DNA from: Kudoa neothunni | Lineage: Eukaryota; Animalia; Cnidaria | Assembly (NCBI GenBank): GCA_964304625.1 | Contig: OZ199840.1 | Span: 5,197,200-5,261,199 of the forward strand | Direction: 5' to 3' | Length of the DNA: 64,000 nt | In this document: positions 1-14,230 of the stretch, one piece after another | Position numbering within the stretch: the stretch's first letter is position 1 | Layout of the letters: every line of letters starts with the position of its first letter | Notes under the pieces: generated by a model | The model's input: the letters and a program-made list of their open reading frames with translations, nothing else | What the model was told of the DNA's origin: nothing | Database searches by the model: none | Program-made: the position numbers and the translations under genes

Positions 1-361
1 TTCTCGCCTCTAGATTTTGCATCTAGCGTTCCTGAATTGCGAAACTTTGGTAATATGGGTCAAACAAGAAGTCTTGGTAGATGTATTTGGAAGAAATGAA
101 GTGTCACTTCCTCCACTTAAAAAAGGATTATACATATATTCCATTAAATCAAAAGAGATTGTTTTTCGCAGCATTATTTTTTCTTGTTGTGTTGGTGTAT
201 TTGAAATTTCACTATCATCGATATGGAACTCACAGATTCTACGATATGATCTCTGTTATTAGGATTAATCTATTGAATTCAATCTCCGAATATTATAAAA
301 ATATTTTAATAAATAAAGTTTTTTAACAAACGTGATATATGAAACAACTTGAATACTACTG
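1..361 (-). mobile_element. 5' fragment of a Tc1/IS630-like element (paralog of the copy at ~11.5-11.9 kb), truncated by the window edge
   Basis: 1-361 aligns by eye with 11551-11901 (gcctctagattttgcatctag vs gcctctagattttacatctag; gatatgatctctgttatt shared; ends gaatactactg vs gaatactacag). Confidence 0.75.
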
Positions 362-994
362 TGGAGGTGCTGAGATCAATTACAAATGTGCCGGGACTAA
401 ATGCAATAATACTGAGATTTAATGTTAAAGTGCCGAGAATAAATTAGAAACCCTATATTTTTATAATTGTGTATTTTTTTAATTTTTAATAAAATAAAAT
501 CTTTCTTTATCAATTATAAATTATGCTGTATTATTTATTAATAATATTTTATAATGTTGCTTTTAAATAATAGGAAAAAAATTATTCCAATTAATATTAT
601 CATGCTAAATATCGTAAAATATATAAATTAAAAGATATAAAACTAGACGGATATAATCATATAAGGTATAATGAACATGGTATACAATTTTACCAATATT
701 TTGCTGTAATATTGGTTACAAAATTTAAAAATCATAAATAAATTTTGTTAAATAACTTTTAATATATTAAAATTATAACTATTATTCAAAAATTTTTTAA
801 CTCCCAATGTGCGTTTAAATTTTAAATGAATATTAAAATATAAATTTGAACATGGTTATTTTTTGTAATAAATCTTTTATATTTTTGCTATTGTATATCT
901 CAATATAAAACATATATATATATATATATATATTATTAGAATATTATTTGTTAGTTGTTCACTCCAAATCACATAAAATAAGATTTATAAAATA

Positions 995-1230
995 CAGTCG
1001 GCAACCGATTTTACGCATTGTGGATTTTACGCCTTTTTTAAAAAAACAACAGTGGTCCTCACATTAAATGTATATATTTAAGGCTAATTGTAATTAATAC
1101 GCCCCATTTTATACAGATAAAATCTTCATTTAATGTCAAATAATGACAAGGTACCTAAATTCCGTAGTGACCGATTTTACGTACGTTTTTTCCAGTCCTC
1201 CGAGGATTACGTAAAATCGGATACCCACTG
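995..1230. mobile_element. pogo/Tigger-type (Tc1/mariner superfamily) MITE, 236 bp
   Basis: TIRs CAGTCGGCAACCGATTTTACG and (reverse complement) CAGTGGGTATCCGATTTTACG; TA on both sides (993-994, 1231-1232); internal repeats of GATTTTACG. Confidence 0.85.
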
Positions 1231-1338
1231 TATTAGCCATAATATTTCATAATAAATTATTAACGCTGGATGACATTTTACCCCGAAAAGAAAATCAATA
1301 ATTCAATGAATACACTCATCTCTTTGATTACAGAATGG

Positions 1339-4300
1339 TTAATAATTTTTGTTTTTTTTAACCGCCGTTCCGATAATTAACCCTGAGAGGATAAGCACTA
1401 ATGTGCCTGTAACAGCAATCATACCAAAAGCTACATTTCGATATGTATAGTAGTCATCAGCATTTGGGTCTCTGTTAAAATAATTAATAATTATCGCTAA
1501 AATGATTTAATACAAGCAATATGTTTGGTTGTATAGCCATAACCGATGCTGACTACTTTTACAGTAATTCTCGTCTCCTGTATAACTTGTACAAGATGTG
1601 CCATCGCCAACATAATTTGGCTCGCATATGCAACTATAGGAACCATTGGTATTGACACAAATGGCATGTTCATGACATGAGTTTTCCATTTCGCATTCAT
1701 TTATGTCTGTAGATTATTAATTAATTCAAGTGGGAAAAATTACCTTCAATCTCGCCCAAATCCATCACGGATATCACTATATCTGAACCAAACGTGAAGT
1801 TTTTGACAGCTGTAAGATTTATTTCATTTGTCAATGTTTTCCAGCCGTTTAATATGTTTTCACTGACACTTGTGAATTTATACTCGGCAAAAATGGTATT
1901 GGGACTATGATAGTTGATTTACGCACAAAGTAAATTATTTTATTACCCAACCAAGGTAGCATTTACGGATATAATGTGTGGGTAGAATACAAATAAAGGA
2001 TGTATCTATTCTTTAATTAATTTAAATTAATTTAACGAAGTACCATGTCAAGAAAGGCATTTTCTAGTGATTCTTCGTCTAATTAAAAAATAAATTAGTC
2101 GTTACCATTGAAATTAACCTGGATCATTTGGTACAATAATATAACTATTCCTTGTCAACGAATCATTCAACTCCAAAATCCACAATTGGCCAAATGTTGC
2201 AATTACTAAAATGATGATTATTATGTGCTCAACAACATAAAAAAGTAATAGTATATCATTAAAAAATATTGGATAATTAAAATGATCTAGGAATTCAATT
2301 AAACATTCGTATTGGATCATGTAAGATAAAAAAATTTATATTACCATAGCAAATATTGTTAAAAATTCCCACATTGGGTCTCATGTAAAATTTGCATTCT
2401 TTTGTATTTCGAGTAGTTACAAACGGAGATATATTTTTTACTTGTTGATCTAATTGAGTAAATTTATACAAATGGAAAAATGTAAGGTTACAATTAGTGA
2501 TATTAACACTCAGTATGAGTTGGGAATCATCAAAAATATTGTTTACTAATGATTTTGCAATTTTATCGATGGAGGGAACGGGGCTATAGAGTTCGGCGAA
2601 AATATAAATGGTGACGTTTAGAATTCCATTTCCTTCTCTATAAAAATATTATAATAAATAATTAATAATATAACAATATACAATATGTTGTTTACACTTG
2701 AGCAAATCGAATAAAAGGTTGGGTCAAAAAGTGTAATCACCTTTGAATTCAAATAATTAAAATTCATAATTTCTAATTTAATATACAAAGTCATTAAAAT
2801 TATCCATTAATTGGGAAGACATTGCTTTTGTTGAATTCTTATTTATGGATCCTGTAATATCCTTGGTGGATATTAAACATTTGAGAGGAATATAATCTAC
2901 AAAACGATAAATACAATAATTAAGTATATGCTTACCACCTCCGTTATTACAATCGTTTCCTCCTGGTACATAATTGCATAAACACCCTGGCTCATGTATT
3001 AAACACTCTAGTGGAGGACATAAATCTATTCATTATATAAAATAAACAACGATTAATTAATCATAACCATGTAAAACTATGGGCGCTGAAAAAGTTGCGG
3101 TGGCATCAATGACAGAATCAATAAAAATGATATCGCTTGGAGTCGTTAGAATTGAAATTGGGGTGCTCATTGATGAGTAAGAGGTGAGTGCTGATACAGG
3201 TGTTGTAGTAAAGAATGTTGAGAATGTAGTTCCGGTTATATCTGATAAGAAACTGCTATCAATGGTAGTTGTTGGTTCAGCTGTAGTCGACATATTTGTA
3301 GTTATGGTAGAAGATTTAATAATAGTTGTTGTAGCAATGGTATCTTCATTGGATTCCAGGGTTGGAGTTGGCGTAACAGTTATCGTTGTAGTGACAGTTA
3401 TAGAGACAGAGGTAGTCACAAAAATCACAGTGGTCGAAGTCAAGGGAACAACAGATGGTGAAGAAGAAAAAATTGTTAACGTGGTAGTGAGAGTAGTGAC
3501 TAATGTTCCAGAGGTTGCACTATCCACAGAAGTAATAATAGTTTTATCAGTTGGCGACGTGGATGATGTCGAGGTCGGAAGAAACGATGTGATGGTTAAT
3601 ATTAAAGTACTGGTTATTATAGTTGGTTTCTCAGTTGTTAGCACAGAAGTTGTTTCATACGATGTAATAACATCTGTCGTTGTTTCAAGCATATTTGTGG
3701 TAGTATATGTTGACACTATCGTTTTAGTTGTAGTTACAGTAACTGTAATTATACTAGCCATCGATGTTGCAGAAGTAGCATCCGTTGTTGTTTCAAGCAT
3801 ATTTGTGGTAGTATATGTTGACACTATCGTTTTAGTTGTAGTTACAATGACTGTAATTATACTAGCCATCGAAGTTGCAGAAGTAGCATCCGTTGTTTCA
3901 AGCATATTTGTGGTAGTATATGTTGACACTATCGTTTTAGTTGTAGTTACAATGACTGTAATTATACTAGCCATCGAAGTTGCAGAAGTAGCATCCGTTG
4001 TTGTTTCAAAAGACATTATTGTTTCTGTATTATAAGTGGTTGTAGAAATAGCATCAGTAATTGTCTCAGTCCCTCCTGATGAAATAGTAGTAATTGTTCT
4101 CTCGGTAGTTTCAGTTTTACTTGCTGAATCAGTGGATTCTTCTGTAACTGTCGTAACAGTGGGTTTAATGGTAGATGTTAAAACTGAATCAGATGTAGTA
4201 TCGGCCACAATGGCGGTCCTAGTTGTTTCTGTTATAACCGTAGTTTCAGTAATTGTATTAGTTTTTGTCTCTGTAGCAGTAGTAGTTACGGTTATTCCAG

Positions 4301-5677
4301 TATTTCCGGCTGTAACCGTATTTGTAATGGTAGAAGTTGTGGTCACATATGTTGTACTTTTTGTTGTCGCTATCGTTTCAGTGTTTGTAATGGTAGTAGT
4401 TGATGTAGTAGTTCTTACATCGGTGGCAGTAATTGTCTCGGTAGTAGTAATGGTTATTGTAGTTTCGGAATTTTCAGCTGTAAATGTTGTAACAGTCTTA
4501 ACAATAGTAGATGTTGTAATCGTACGAGTTAAAGTTTCGGTTGTAGCTGCGGTTTCAGAGAGTGATGTAGATGTCTTGGTGTTTGTATCAGTAGCTGTAG
4601 TTGTATCTGTTTTGTCAATCGTTTTAGTAGAAGTTACTGTTATAGTTGTGGTCACAGTCGTTATAGCTGTGTCTGAAGTAGTAATTACTCCAGTAATATC
4701 TGTTATGGCCGCTATTTGAGGAGTTGTAAGAGTTGTTTCCGTTATTGCTGTTTTCTCTGTAGATACCGACTTAGGAATTGGTTCAGTTGACGCAGTTATA
4801 TGAGTGGTGGTACTGGTAGAGGTTGTTGTTGCAGGAGATATAGTTCTTGTTGTAACTACCGTTATAATAGTTTCCGTTACAGTATTAATTGTAGTTGCCT
4901 CAGTAGTTTCAGTTCTAGGGGGTGTTTCAATCATTTCTGTAGAGGTAAATGCCTCAGCAGTGGTAGAGGTCACAGGGATAGTAGTTCTGGTTTCAGTATT
5001 TGTTGCTTCATAGGCAGGAGTTGTTGTTTTTGGATCTGTTGTATCAGTCGAAGTAGTTGTTTTAGTAGTAGGCGTTGTTGACGTTGTTTCTGAAGATTGC
5101 GTACCGGGGCTTTTAGACGTACTAGTGTTTCTTACTTTTATCTTTGTCTCAATTTTTATTATTGTTGAGTTGTCGTCATCATCTCCGCCATCCTTAGGAA
5201 TCAACGATTCGGTTGGACTATTTGAAATTTCTAGTCCAGCTAGATTCCAACTATTAGAATATAAATTCTCATATTCCACCTCTTTGGAGGAATCAAATAG
5301 GTTGACCTGAATCAAATTTTTCCCAGCTGAATTATCACTTATATTAATGGTTGTTTCTTTTGAATTCAATGATACAGCCGATATACCATCAATTAGGGGC
5401 ATTATTACAAAAACTCCGGGTATACGTAAATTAACCGTATATAATGACGGTAGCAGGCTTAGCAAGATTTTGTTTGTTAATAATTGGTAATTTACAAAGT
5501 ATGATCCAGTGTTTATTCCTCTCATAATGTGACATATTTTTATAAGTCCAAATAGTATCTTAATTAATGATTTTTGTCCTAAATAATAATTATCATTAGA
5601 TTAACCGCGGAAACATAAATACTTTTTTTATTCAGTATGATGAAAAATATGTTCATCGTTTGTTGGGCATTGAACAT
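1339..5677 (-). CDS. Multi-exon membrane-anchored mucin-like protein: long Thr/Ser-rich domain, Cys-rich segment, SEA-like region(s), calcium-binding EGF, single TM, very short cytoplasmic tail
   Basis: The 822-aa T-rich ORF splices in frame (GT at 3067-3066) to DLCPPLECLIHEPGCLC..., then SEA-like exons, DINECEMENSCHEHAICVNTNGSYSCICEPNYVGDGTSC (cbEGF consensus) and TM VAFGMIAVTGTLVLILSGLIIGTAV-KKNKNY* (TAA at 1341-1339). A putative first exon 5677-5623 joins through a 44-nt intron; the start is uncertain. Confidence 0.85.
3682..4008 (-). repeat. Coding tandem repeat, 3 x 105-108 bp (35-36 aa: ETTDATSATSMASIITVIVTTTKTIVSTYTTTNML)
   Basis: Near-identical units start at 3682, 3790 and 3895. Confidence 0.95.
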
Positions 5678-7536
5678 AAACTTTATTTCTAGAGTATATA
5701 TTCTAAATACTTATCGTCTTTATTATTTATCATCTATTTATGAATAAAAAAATTTTTTACCTTATTTTTATGTGGGTGTGTAAATTGTAGGTTCAGTAAT
5801 TGTCGATCGTAGGTTTTAATCAATTTTGTTTGTCTTTAATCCCCAATGCAATAAAATCGTAAACCCCCCATGCGTTAAAATTATGCACTAATTTATCACA
5901 AAAATGATTTTGTATCGGGTTTTAATAATTTTTGCACATTGAACCAATTTAACAAATAATACTGAATGAAAAGCAATGAGATTGAAGCTATTTTAAAGAA
6001 AAAAGCTCTTGGCATATGTATATAAGACCATATTATTATTAATATATTAAGATCAAACTCAAAATTAGAATTGTTTAAATTATTTTTTTAAACCATGGTG
6101 AATATATTTGTTTCGCAACGACTGAATAAACAAAAATAGTATAATAAAATATTTGGTGATCCCAGGAGAGTTCTTAATAAGACAATTTTAGAACATTGAT
6201 TTTTAAATCACAAATTGACCATATTATTTGAACAAATATTTTATTTCCAGTTGACCTTAACCGTTATAGATAAAATTTAAATTAGATTATTTGTCTCGAA
6301 AATTTTTTGAAAAGGCTTAATATTCCAAAATAAAATGATATTGGTCAAGATGGATAAATAAATCACATATTCAAATTATATTATTACTTTAATGAAACCA
6401 ATGAAATTTTAAACAAACTAATCTATAAAATTATACTATTGTAAAATTATGCAATATTTTGTACTTGTTCTATCCTCTAATGTGGAGTAAGTGTCGTATG
6501 AAATGGCTTTGTTATAGTTATATGAATGAATCAGTATTTATATAAAAATATCGTCAATCTAATGATTATTTGATGTGGATAATAAACGAATAACAATATA
6601 AAATCATTTGTGACAATGAATTATTTAAAAGTGGGCACCGATTAACATAAATCCATTTGATACCAATGTAATGCTAATTTATTATTACAATAAAAGAACA
6701 TCAAGATTAGGGAAAATTCGGAAATATATTGAAAATTGACAATATGTTCTCCAAAAAGGTATAGATTGAAAAAAAAATCTAACAAATAAAAATTTTGGTT
6801 TCCCAAATAATTTTATATGCCAGTTAATGTAAATAAAATATTGGTATAACTTATTAATAAATAATTATTTAATTTTATTATGAGAACATTTGCATGGAAT
6901 GATAAACTTTCTTTCGATTCATATATTAATTTAAATACAGGATTAATATTTTTATATATTAATATCATTATTTGTTGATTTTTATATTTTTTATGGTCGA
7001 CAAAATAATGATATTGTTTTTAAATCACTATCAAAATCTTTTTCAATAATCCATCCATGTAAAATTGTGATTCACATTCTTTATTAATAGGGTTTCTCAC
7101 TTAGACACAGCCAGCACTTCTGTATTTAATTTCGGCGCGCTGCAATTTAAATTTGGCTTATTCGTGTTTAATTAATAAAGATTACGTGAGTGTGTAAAAA
7201 TCATAAACTCGAGAATAAAACAAAAATATTTTAAATACACTGCTATTAACTTTTATGAAACTATTATTATTCTAGAATAACTTCACCCCCAGAAGACCTA
7301 ATGATGTAACCCAACATTTTGCGATAGACACCGTCACAATGCTGGGATGTGATTTCTTGAAAACACTATTTTATCGCATTCTTCAACTCGTTTTCTTTTT
7401 TAAATTTTCTGCCAATAACTATGTTTTACCAGAGAATACATACTTAATCGAATTCAGGTATGGACTATAACTATAAGGAGGTGAATATCGTATCGTGAAA
7501 TTTTTTTGAAGATTGAGATATTTTAGCATTGTTTAA

Positions 7537-10150
7537 ACGTCGAAGGACCGTGAGTCGAAAAATTCAATATGTGCCCATGGGGGTCATTTTTGACACTACA
7601 ATTATTTTCTTATTTTATTGCGCAATTGACCCAAAAAGTTATCCTTCTAATAATTATTCATAACGCAGCTATATTAGCCGTTTAAAAGTTTGCAGTAGAG
7701 AGAATAAAAATGCAAAAAATGTAATCCATCCATCGATTAAATATTATAAACATCTACGTCAAAATGCATGTTATTGTAGATCTCGATATATTTTCTATTG
7801 TGTTTACAATGTTGAAAGTTTCTGGGAATACAATAACTGTATTCAATCAAATATATATACAATAAATGCATATAAGCGACCGGGCATGATATCAGACATG
7901 GTTTCCAGAAAACGTCGTTCATCACAAAATTGAAGGTAGGATTAAGTCTGGATCACGATTGTAAATATTTGAGTATGTTTATACATTCAAAATAAACAAT
8001 TTAAGTATGAAAAATTTAAATTAGTTTCAGTTTAAAATAAATAATATTAGTTTGGGGATTTTATTCAAGAGAGAAATTTTTCCAAAAATGACATTCAATC
8101 GATTTCTAAACTATATGTTTGACAATAATCAAAGTTTTTTTGGATTCTATGTGATGAGCAAGTAGGTCTCTTGCAGTTATAACAACGTGTATTGGTTTTT
8201 CGTGAACAAAGTACACATCGTGATCTTCTGCACGGACCAATCATTTCTGCCGAACTAGACGTTTCCCCACTATCGATACATTTATTAAATAGTTCGAAAC
8301 TATATTTCAAATTCAAGCGATAATGGTTCTTGAATGTCCGACGCAATATAACATTCGGTTTAATCAGTTCAATGCATAACTCTCTAGGAAAATTTTAGCG
8401 CCTTCTACAATCATTGGATCATTGGCTCTCCAACCAGGAAACTTCGATGTCCATATAATGCACGCATTCAGTGCTGCGATATCAATGAGATTCATCAACA
8501 TACGAAAAGGCTATCTCCTCGTTGCTCTTGAACAACTACAAAATTTAGTCATGCGATCTCCATTGTCAACACCGCCCTTCGTTCTGTTATAGTGTTGAAT
8601 CATTTCCGGTCGCTTTCTTTCACCCGATTCGATAGCATTGTCGTTTATTTCGGTAGATAGTAAAAAACGTCACGATTTTTTTGGGAACATAGGACATCAT
8701 CGTTATGTCATTATAGAAACAAAAAGTTGACGACAGTTCAACTTGGTTCGTCTTCTTTAGCAAATGCTCCGGAATATATCGATTGTTGCGTCTATTAGTT
8801 CCCGTTAACGTGACATTGTTTTGTAACAAAAAAGTAGCTAGAGGAATCGTTGTAAAAAAGTTGTCTGTTGTAACACCGCGACCAGAACTGTAATATGGTT
8901 GGATCAACTCCTTGACAACGCTTTCACCTAGTTTTACGTCTTTAACACCACCAATCTTTCCAGTTTACGGTTGGATGTTAAGCAAATACGATGTTTTAAC
9001 ATCGGCGGCAGCCCACAACTTCATCCCATAGCGTTCTTGTTTGTTCTTGATATAGACTCTGAAATGCCACCATCCTTTCATCAACAGTAATGTGGGGCCA
9101 GGAGAGTAATTCTGACCAAAATAATTATTTATTTCGGTAAATACTTCTCGAATGGGCCCAAATTTATTATCCAACAAATTAAAACGATCTTGTCTGGTAT
9201 GCTTATCGTCGAATCGAATTAATCCATATATGTGGGTAAAACGATTTCGGGACATTACCAACGAAAAGAAATATTACTTGAAAAGTGGGTTGGTGTCCCA
9301 AATGTTTTTGAACGACACTTTTGATCCATTACATCTTCCAGCTACGATTAGTATTCCCAAACGAGATTTCAACTCTTCCATCATTTTTTTTCATTGTTAT
9401 ATCTTGCATTCGATTCACATTATTTATTAGTGTAAGATAAAACATTCTCAAGGATGGAATCAGAAAAAAAGAGACTAAAGCATTCAGGAATGTTTTGGAC
9501 ATTTGTAGAATCACCAGAATTTTGAAAATCCTGTTCACTGTCGTACTCAGAATCGCAGTTTGATTCGAACTCTTCTATTATATCTTCATAATATGATACG
9601 TCTGACAATTCACCTTCAAATTTGAGATCGCCATCGAAAGTTTCATCAATTACGACATTGTCGTCAATCAAGTTATTGATATTGTTATCAAACGGTTTTT
9701 CTAAATATACACTTGTTTGTAAATTAATTAACTAAAAGTGAATAATATGCTTTGGTTAATCCTAAGGTTTAAAACAAGTGTAGCCGGTAAATCCTGATTT
9801 AATCTTATGATGTCATCGTAATCCTTCGATAGGGAAAAGGAAAACCCAAAATTAAAGCATTTCTTCAATGTTTAATTTATATTTATGGTTTTAATTTTGA
9901 GTTGTTTATTGTTATCTTTTAATAATTATAATACTAAGTTGAAATATGAAGTATGGAGAGCATGTGCTCAATTATACTAACATTTTTTCTCAGATATATT
10001 CTAATTTTTTTCAAAATTTTGAATTTATATAGTGCATGTATATATTTTCTAAGATAAAGTTACTTTTTACGGAAATCTATTAGGGTTTCATTTTTTAAAA
10101 TAAGAATTACCGAAAATAGGGTCACTCTCATAACCCAACATCTTCGAAGA
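7537..10150 (-). mobile_element. Degenerate full-length piggyBac element (PGBD4-like transposase pseudogene at ~8095-9671)
   Basis: Acidic N-terminus, MSRNRF, ITVDERM, YGMKLW, DNFFT, GTNRRN, YNRTKGGVD and a C-terminal Cys-rich domain (RCVLC..RCYNC..TCSSH) spread over frameshifted ORFs. Decayed ends: TTAA-acgTCGAAGGA...GGGGTCATTTTTGAC (7533-7597) and GGGTCACTCTCATAACCC-aaca-TCTTCGAAGA (~10120-10150). Confidence 0.88.
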
Positions 10151-10719
10151 TAAAATTTCTTAAATCATTTCTTAGTGTGTCAATAATATCTCCACATATA
10201 TATATATATATATATATATATCTAAAGTTTGATAGTTCCAATTACTTTAATTAATAAGTTTAAATGACAAAAAAACGACCCCCATTTTTGGATGAATGAA
10301 TGTCTACTAGTGCATTTAATCAAAAAAAAATGTATATGTATGAAGTATAAAAACATTTTCATATAAGAATAAGTAGAAATTTAATAATGGAATTGAAAAA
10401 TAAATGAGAGAGACGGCTTACAAGGAAAACACCATCATCAAAATCTCCGACTAGGTTCGGATCTTGTGATGGGATTAGATCGTCTTATGATGGCTTATTG
10501 GTTTCAACGAACGAACGTTTACAGTGCTGTATAATTATATAAGTCATAATATGGTTAAAAGAATAAGTTTATCAAAAATTTGAAATATGTTCACTGTGAA
10601 TTTCAAATGTTTTGTTTAGGTAATACCGCATGTTGGATTGAAATTGTTGAAAATCGGATTAAATTTCGGTTAATCTCCTACATGTTTAGGGAAGTAAGTT
10701 ATCGAAGCTTCTTCCATAC

Positions 10720-11901
10720 AGTTCAGTTATTTTAAAAAATTAAAAATTATTGGAAATTTAAAATTAAAATTTTAATAAATTATGGGGTAAATTTATAAAA
10801 AATGATGCATTTAATATGTAACGTAACACAAAAACCTTTAATGTACTCACTCAAAAAGTAATTATTCTTAAAAAAATTTAAAAAAAGACGTATTGTAATA
10901 TGTTGGACACATTCTTAAAGTCTTGCAGTGAGCGGAGCCATCTTATCGAAACTATCAAAAAAATAACAAATTTGGGGTATCAAATATACGCCACTACGGA
11001 CAGGGTGGGTTAACGAAAATAGGACTATCAATACCACTGGATGCACAGTTGGGCGTTAATTCCTATAAAAAAAATTGAAGTCTCCTGAAACCGTTCTGTC
11101 GTGAATTTTGCTGTATATACTAACTTTTTTTTGATTGCAGAAACAACAGATGTTTCTATGTTGGCTGCAAAAATAAAACAATATTCTGAAATTCTTTTCA
11201 AAAAGCGACCTCTTTTAGATTTTGTGACCACTGGAAAACCGAAATCATCAAGACATACAATACTCTCTTGTGGCACATTCGTTTCAAATTCTTTGAACAT
11301 CTCAGCATATTCAATTTTCATTTGAATCGTCTTCTCATAATTTCTTCCCTCGGGGACCCTCACAAGAGACTTTAAAGCATTGTGAAATTCGCCGATGACT
11401 CCGCTAACTGTACTCAGAGACAAGGTTATTCCAAACCCACAGCTAATATTTTGCTTGAGTTCTTTCAATGTAATTTGAGAATGTTCATCCACCCAACTGA
11501 TAATTTCTTCCTTCTGATCAGGGGATCAGGAGAGTAGAATGAAGGTGTTTTAGCGCCTCTAGATTTTACATCTAGTTTTCTGGTGTTGCGGAACTTGGAT
11601 AATATGGACCAAACACAAGATCGTGGTAGATGCATTTCGGAAGCAATGTATGTAAGTGTCACATCTTCCTCTTATACAAAAATAAACATTTGTTACTTTA
11701 AATTGGAAGTATTTTTTTGCAACTTTCCTTTTTCTTATTGTGTTGATACTTAAAAATATCGTTATCATCGAACACGGAGCTTTCAGATTCAATGATATGA
11801 TCTCTGTTATTCTGTTTCATCTAATTAATTCAATTTTTTAATAGTACAATAAAATTGTAACGTAACTAACTTGAGATATGAAAAAGTATGAATACTACAG
11901 T
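10720..11901 (-). mobile_element. Degenerate Tc1/IS630-family transposon
   Basis: HTH (IASEMHLPRSCVWSILSKF), WMDEHSQITLKELK..LSLSTV and IVCLDDFGF (first catalytic motif, normally DEXGF); frameshifted. Left boundary approximate. Confidence 0.8.
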
Positions 11902-13599
11902 TGACATAGTTGAATATAAAACAGACAAAAATTTGTGAATTATTGTTGATGAATGAGCCGATACGTTGAAGTGATGTATATTCAATTATTATTTCTCCAA
12001 ATATCAGGTTTTTTCATCGAATGACCTCAAAAATGCACCGTAGAACAAGCAGGTGATATTTGTTGGTTACAGTTGGTACCTCAGATGCATAGTCGTCAAG
12101 AATAACTTAAACATCGTCATAAAATACAGTAATTTAAACATTCATTTTGTTCTTAGATTGCCGCAATTTTCTCGTTTGAGGAGGCGGATGTGTTCAACCG
12201 CGATGATTGCGGTTTAGTTTCAGGGTCATATCAGTAAATTCGCGAAAAAAAACACCGGAAATGATAGAAAACATGAGTTTATTACGCTTTGAGAATCTCA
12301 GAAGTAAATTACATAAGATTCCTGCTTAATTTTCATTTTGGTGATTTTTAGTTAACGTCAACTAAACCTGGCTGCAATTCTTTTTATTCCACACTCTTCT
12401 GTTGCAGGGTTTTTCACCCATTGATTATTGACGTGATACACAATTTCGGACTTTATGACTATCGATTTCGAATTTTTTAAAGATTAATATTGGTCAACTG
12501 CACAGTGTTTTAGATATAACAAACAGGATGGCCATGCGTACCAAAACACATTTATGACACCAGAAAACAATTCATCAATTAAATTGTAAAAAAGTAAAAC
12601 TCATCGAGAGGTTACATCTATTTTCAGTATATCCACATCTTCAATCAAAATTACTGTACAGAAATACCGATTTACAAACACGAACAAAATCTACCAAAGG
12701 TTGGAAAAGAAAAGTAATACTCAACTACGAAATTATGACCCAACAAATAAATGACAGCTGAATCATATCAGTCTCTTCAACGATTGAAAATTGAATTTAA
12801 AAGTATTTTCGAACATTGTCTGGAGGTTGGTAAAAAACGAATACCACATTACAGTCAACATGTTCAATACACCTAGGTAATAATTGTTTGTAAATAAAAC
12901 GAGAGAGAGAAATTGTATTCTGAATTTTACATACAGCTCCTAATTTCCTAAATCTAGGAACACTTTATTCGTGAATAAAAAGTATTTCTCATTGCTTACC
13001 TTACGAAATCACGACAGATCATTAAATTGAACAACTCGCCAAATAACATTGCAGAATAATCATTATAACAACGTAAACATAATATTAAAAGTCAGTTGAA
13101 ACGGTTTAATACGCGGTGCTTGTGATTTCTTAGGTAAATACAAAAATATACAAAATTTCTCTGTTAGGTTGCAACATGCCCGCGCAGTTTTAGCGATTGT
13201 ACAGCAAGATGGGAACATGTCCGGTTGGGATACATTAATCAGGAAACGAAAAATTTCATTTTGAAATAACAGTTTTTATAGTAATAGTTAATGGGGTTCT
13301 TAAGCGTGACTTTGAGAAATAAGATTCTGAGTTTCTCACAACTTTTCAGAGGGATTCAGTTATTTGTTAGTCTGTTTTCGATTCAATCAATTAGTTCACT
13401 GTGTTTTTGTGTCATCCTTTTAAAATTGATATAAGTTGGCCAAAAACCTCTTTAAGAATTCTACTAAATAAATGTTACGCTGGTAGTAATAATAACTTTT
13501 GAGGACTGTTTTCTATTTAATTTCTAACACATTCAGTTTTTTTCAAAGCGATCTAACCATAGCATAAATAGTTTTATCGACAGAACTCGTCTCCAATCT

Positions 13600-14230
13600 A
13601 CCAAATAACTTTTCTAGAAATATGATGAAAGCACAGGTTGGTTTAAGCCTTCCATGTGAATTATAAATTTCCAAATCTTTATGTCATTCATTGCTACAAT
13701 TAAAGGTATGATTTGAGATGTGATGTATTTGCTCTCTTCCCAGAAAGGGATCTGCATTGAGACAGACGGGTTGATAGCGAAAATCCTGTCCTGCCACATC
13801 GATACATAATAATTCCGAATACCTAGGCCCCATTTTTATTTTTAACGTTTACATAACCAACAGATACTAAATAAATAACATTGGCCTCTTCTCCTCTCTA
13901 CTCTCATTGAAATTTTCGTAACAGGATTCCTATCTATCGGCACCTATGTTATTTTTTAACGTGAAATGAAACTTATTAATATTTTGATACGGCAAATGAA
14001 TAGAAAATATCTGAAAGAATGTTTCTGATAGTTGATTGTGTATTCTTGTACAATTTTCATCCATCCTTTTATTTACAATGAATGACACGTTCCTCCAGTT
14101 GGTTAGCCGTTGAACTAGAGTCATTTATTCTCTTCACCATCGCACTTATTGTAGATTCGGGAATATTTAATGAGTCGGAAATTTGACAGTTCGTCTTTTC
14201 AATTATGATTATGTGAACAATCGTTTAAAA
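13600..14230 (-). pseudogene. Highly decayed Tc1/IS630-like transposase fragment
   Basis: Minus-strand HTH-like ISDSLNIPESTISAMVKR near 14130-14185; downstream fragments are broken. Confidence 0.45.

Noticed and set aside
3184-5310. Long Val-rich + strand ORFs
   Set aside because: These are antisense shadows of the Thr-rich (ACN codon) mucin exon.
8095-9671. Domesticated or active piggyBac gene
   Set aside because: Multiple frameshifts and stops plus decayed termini; the gaps are not bounded by consistent splice sites.
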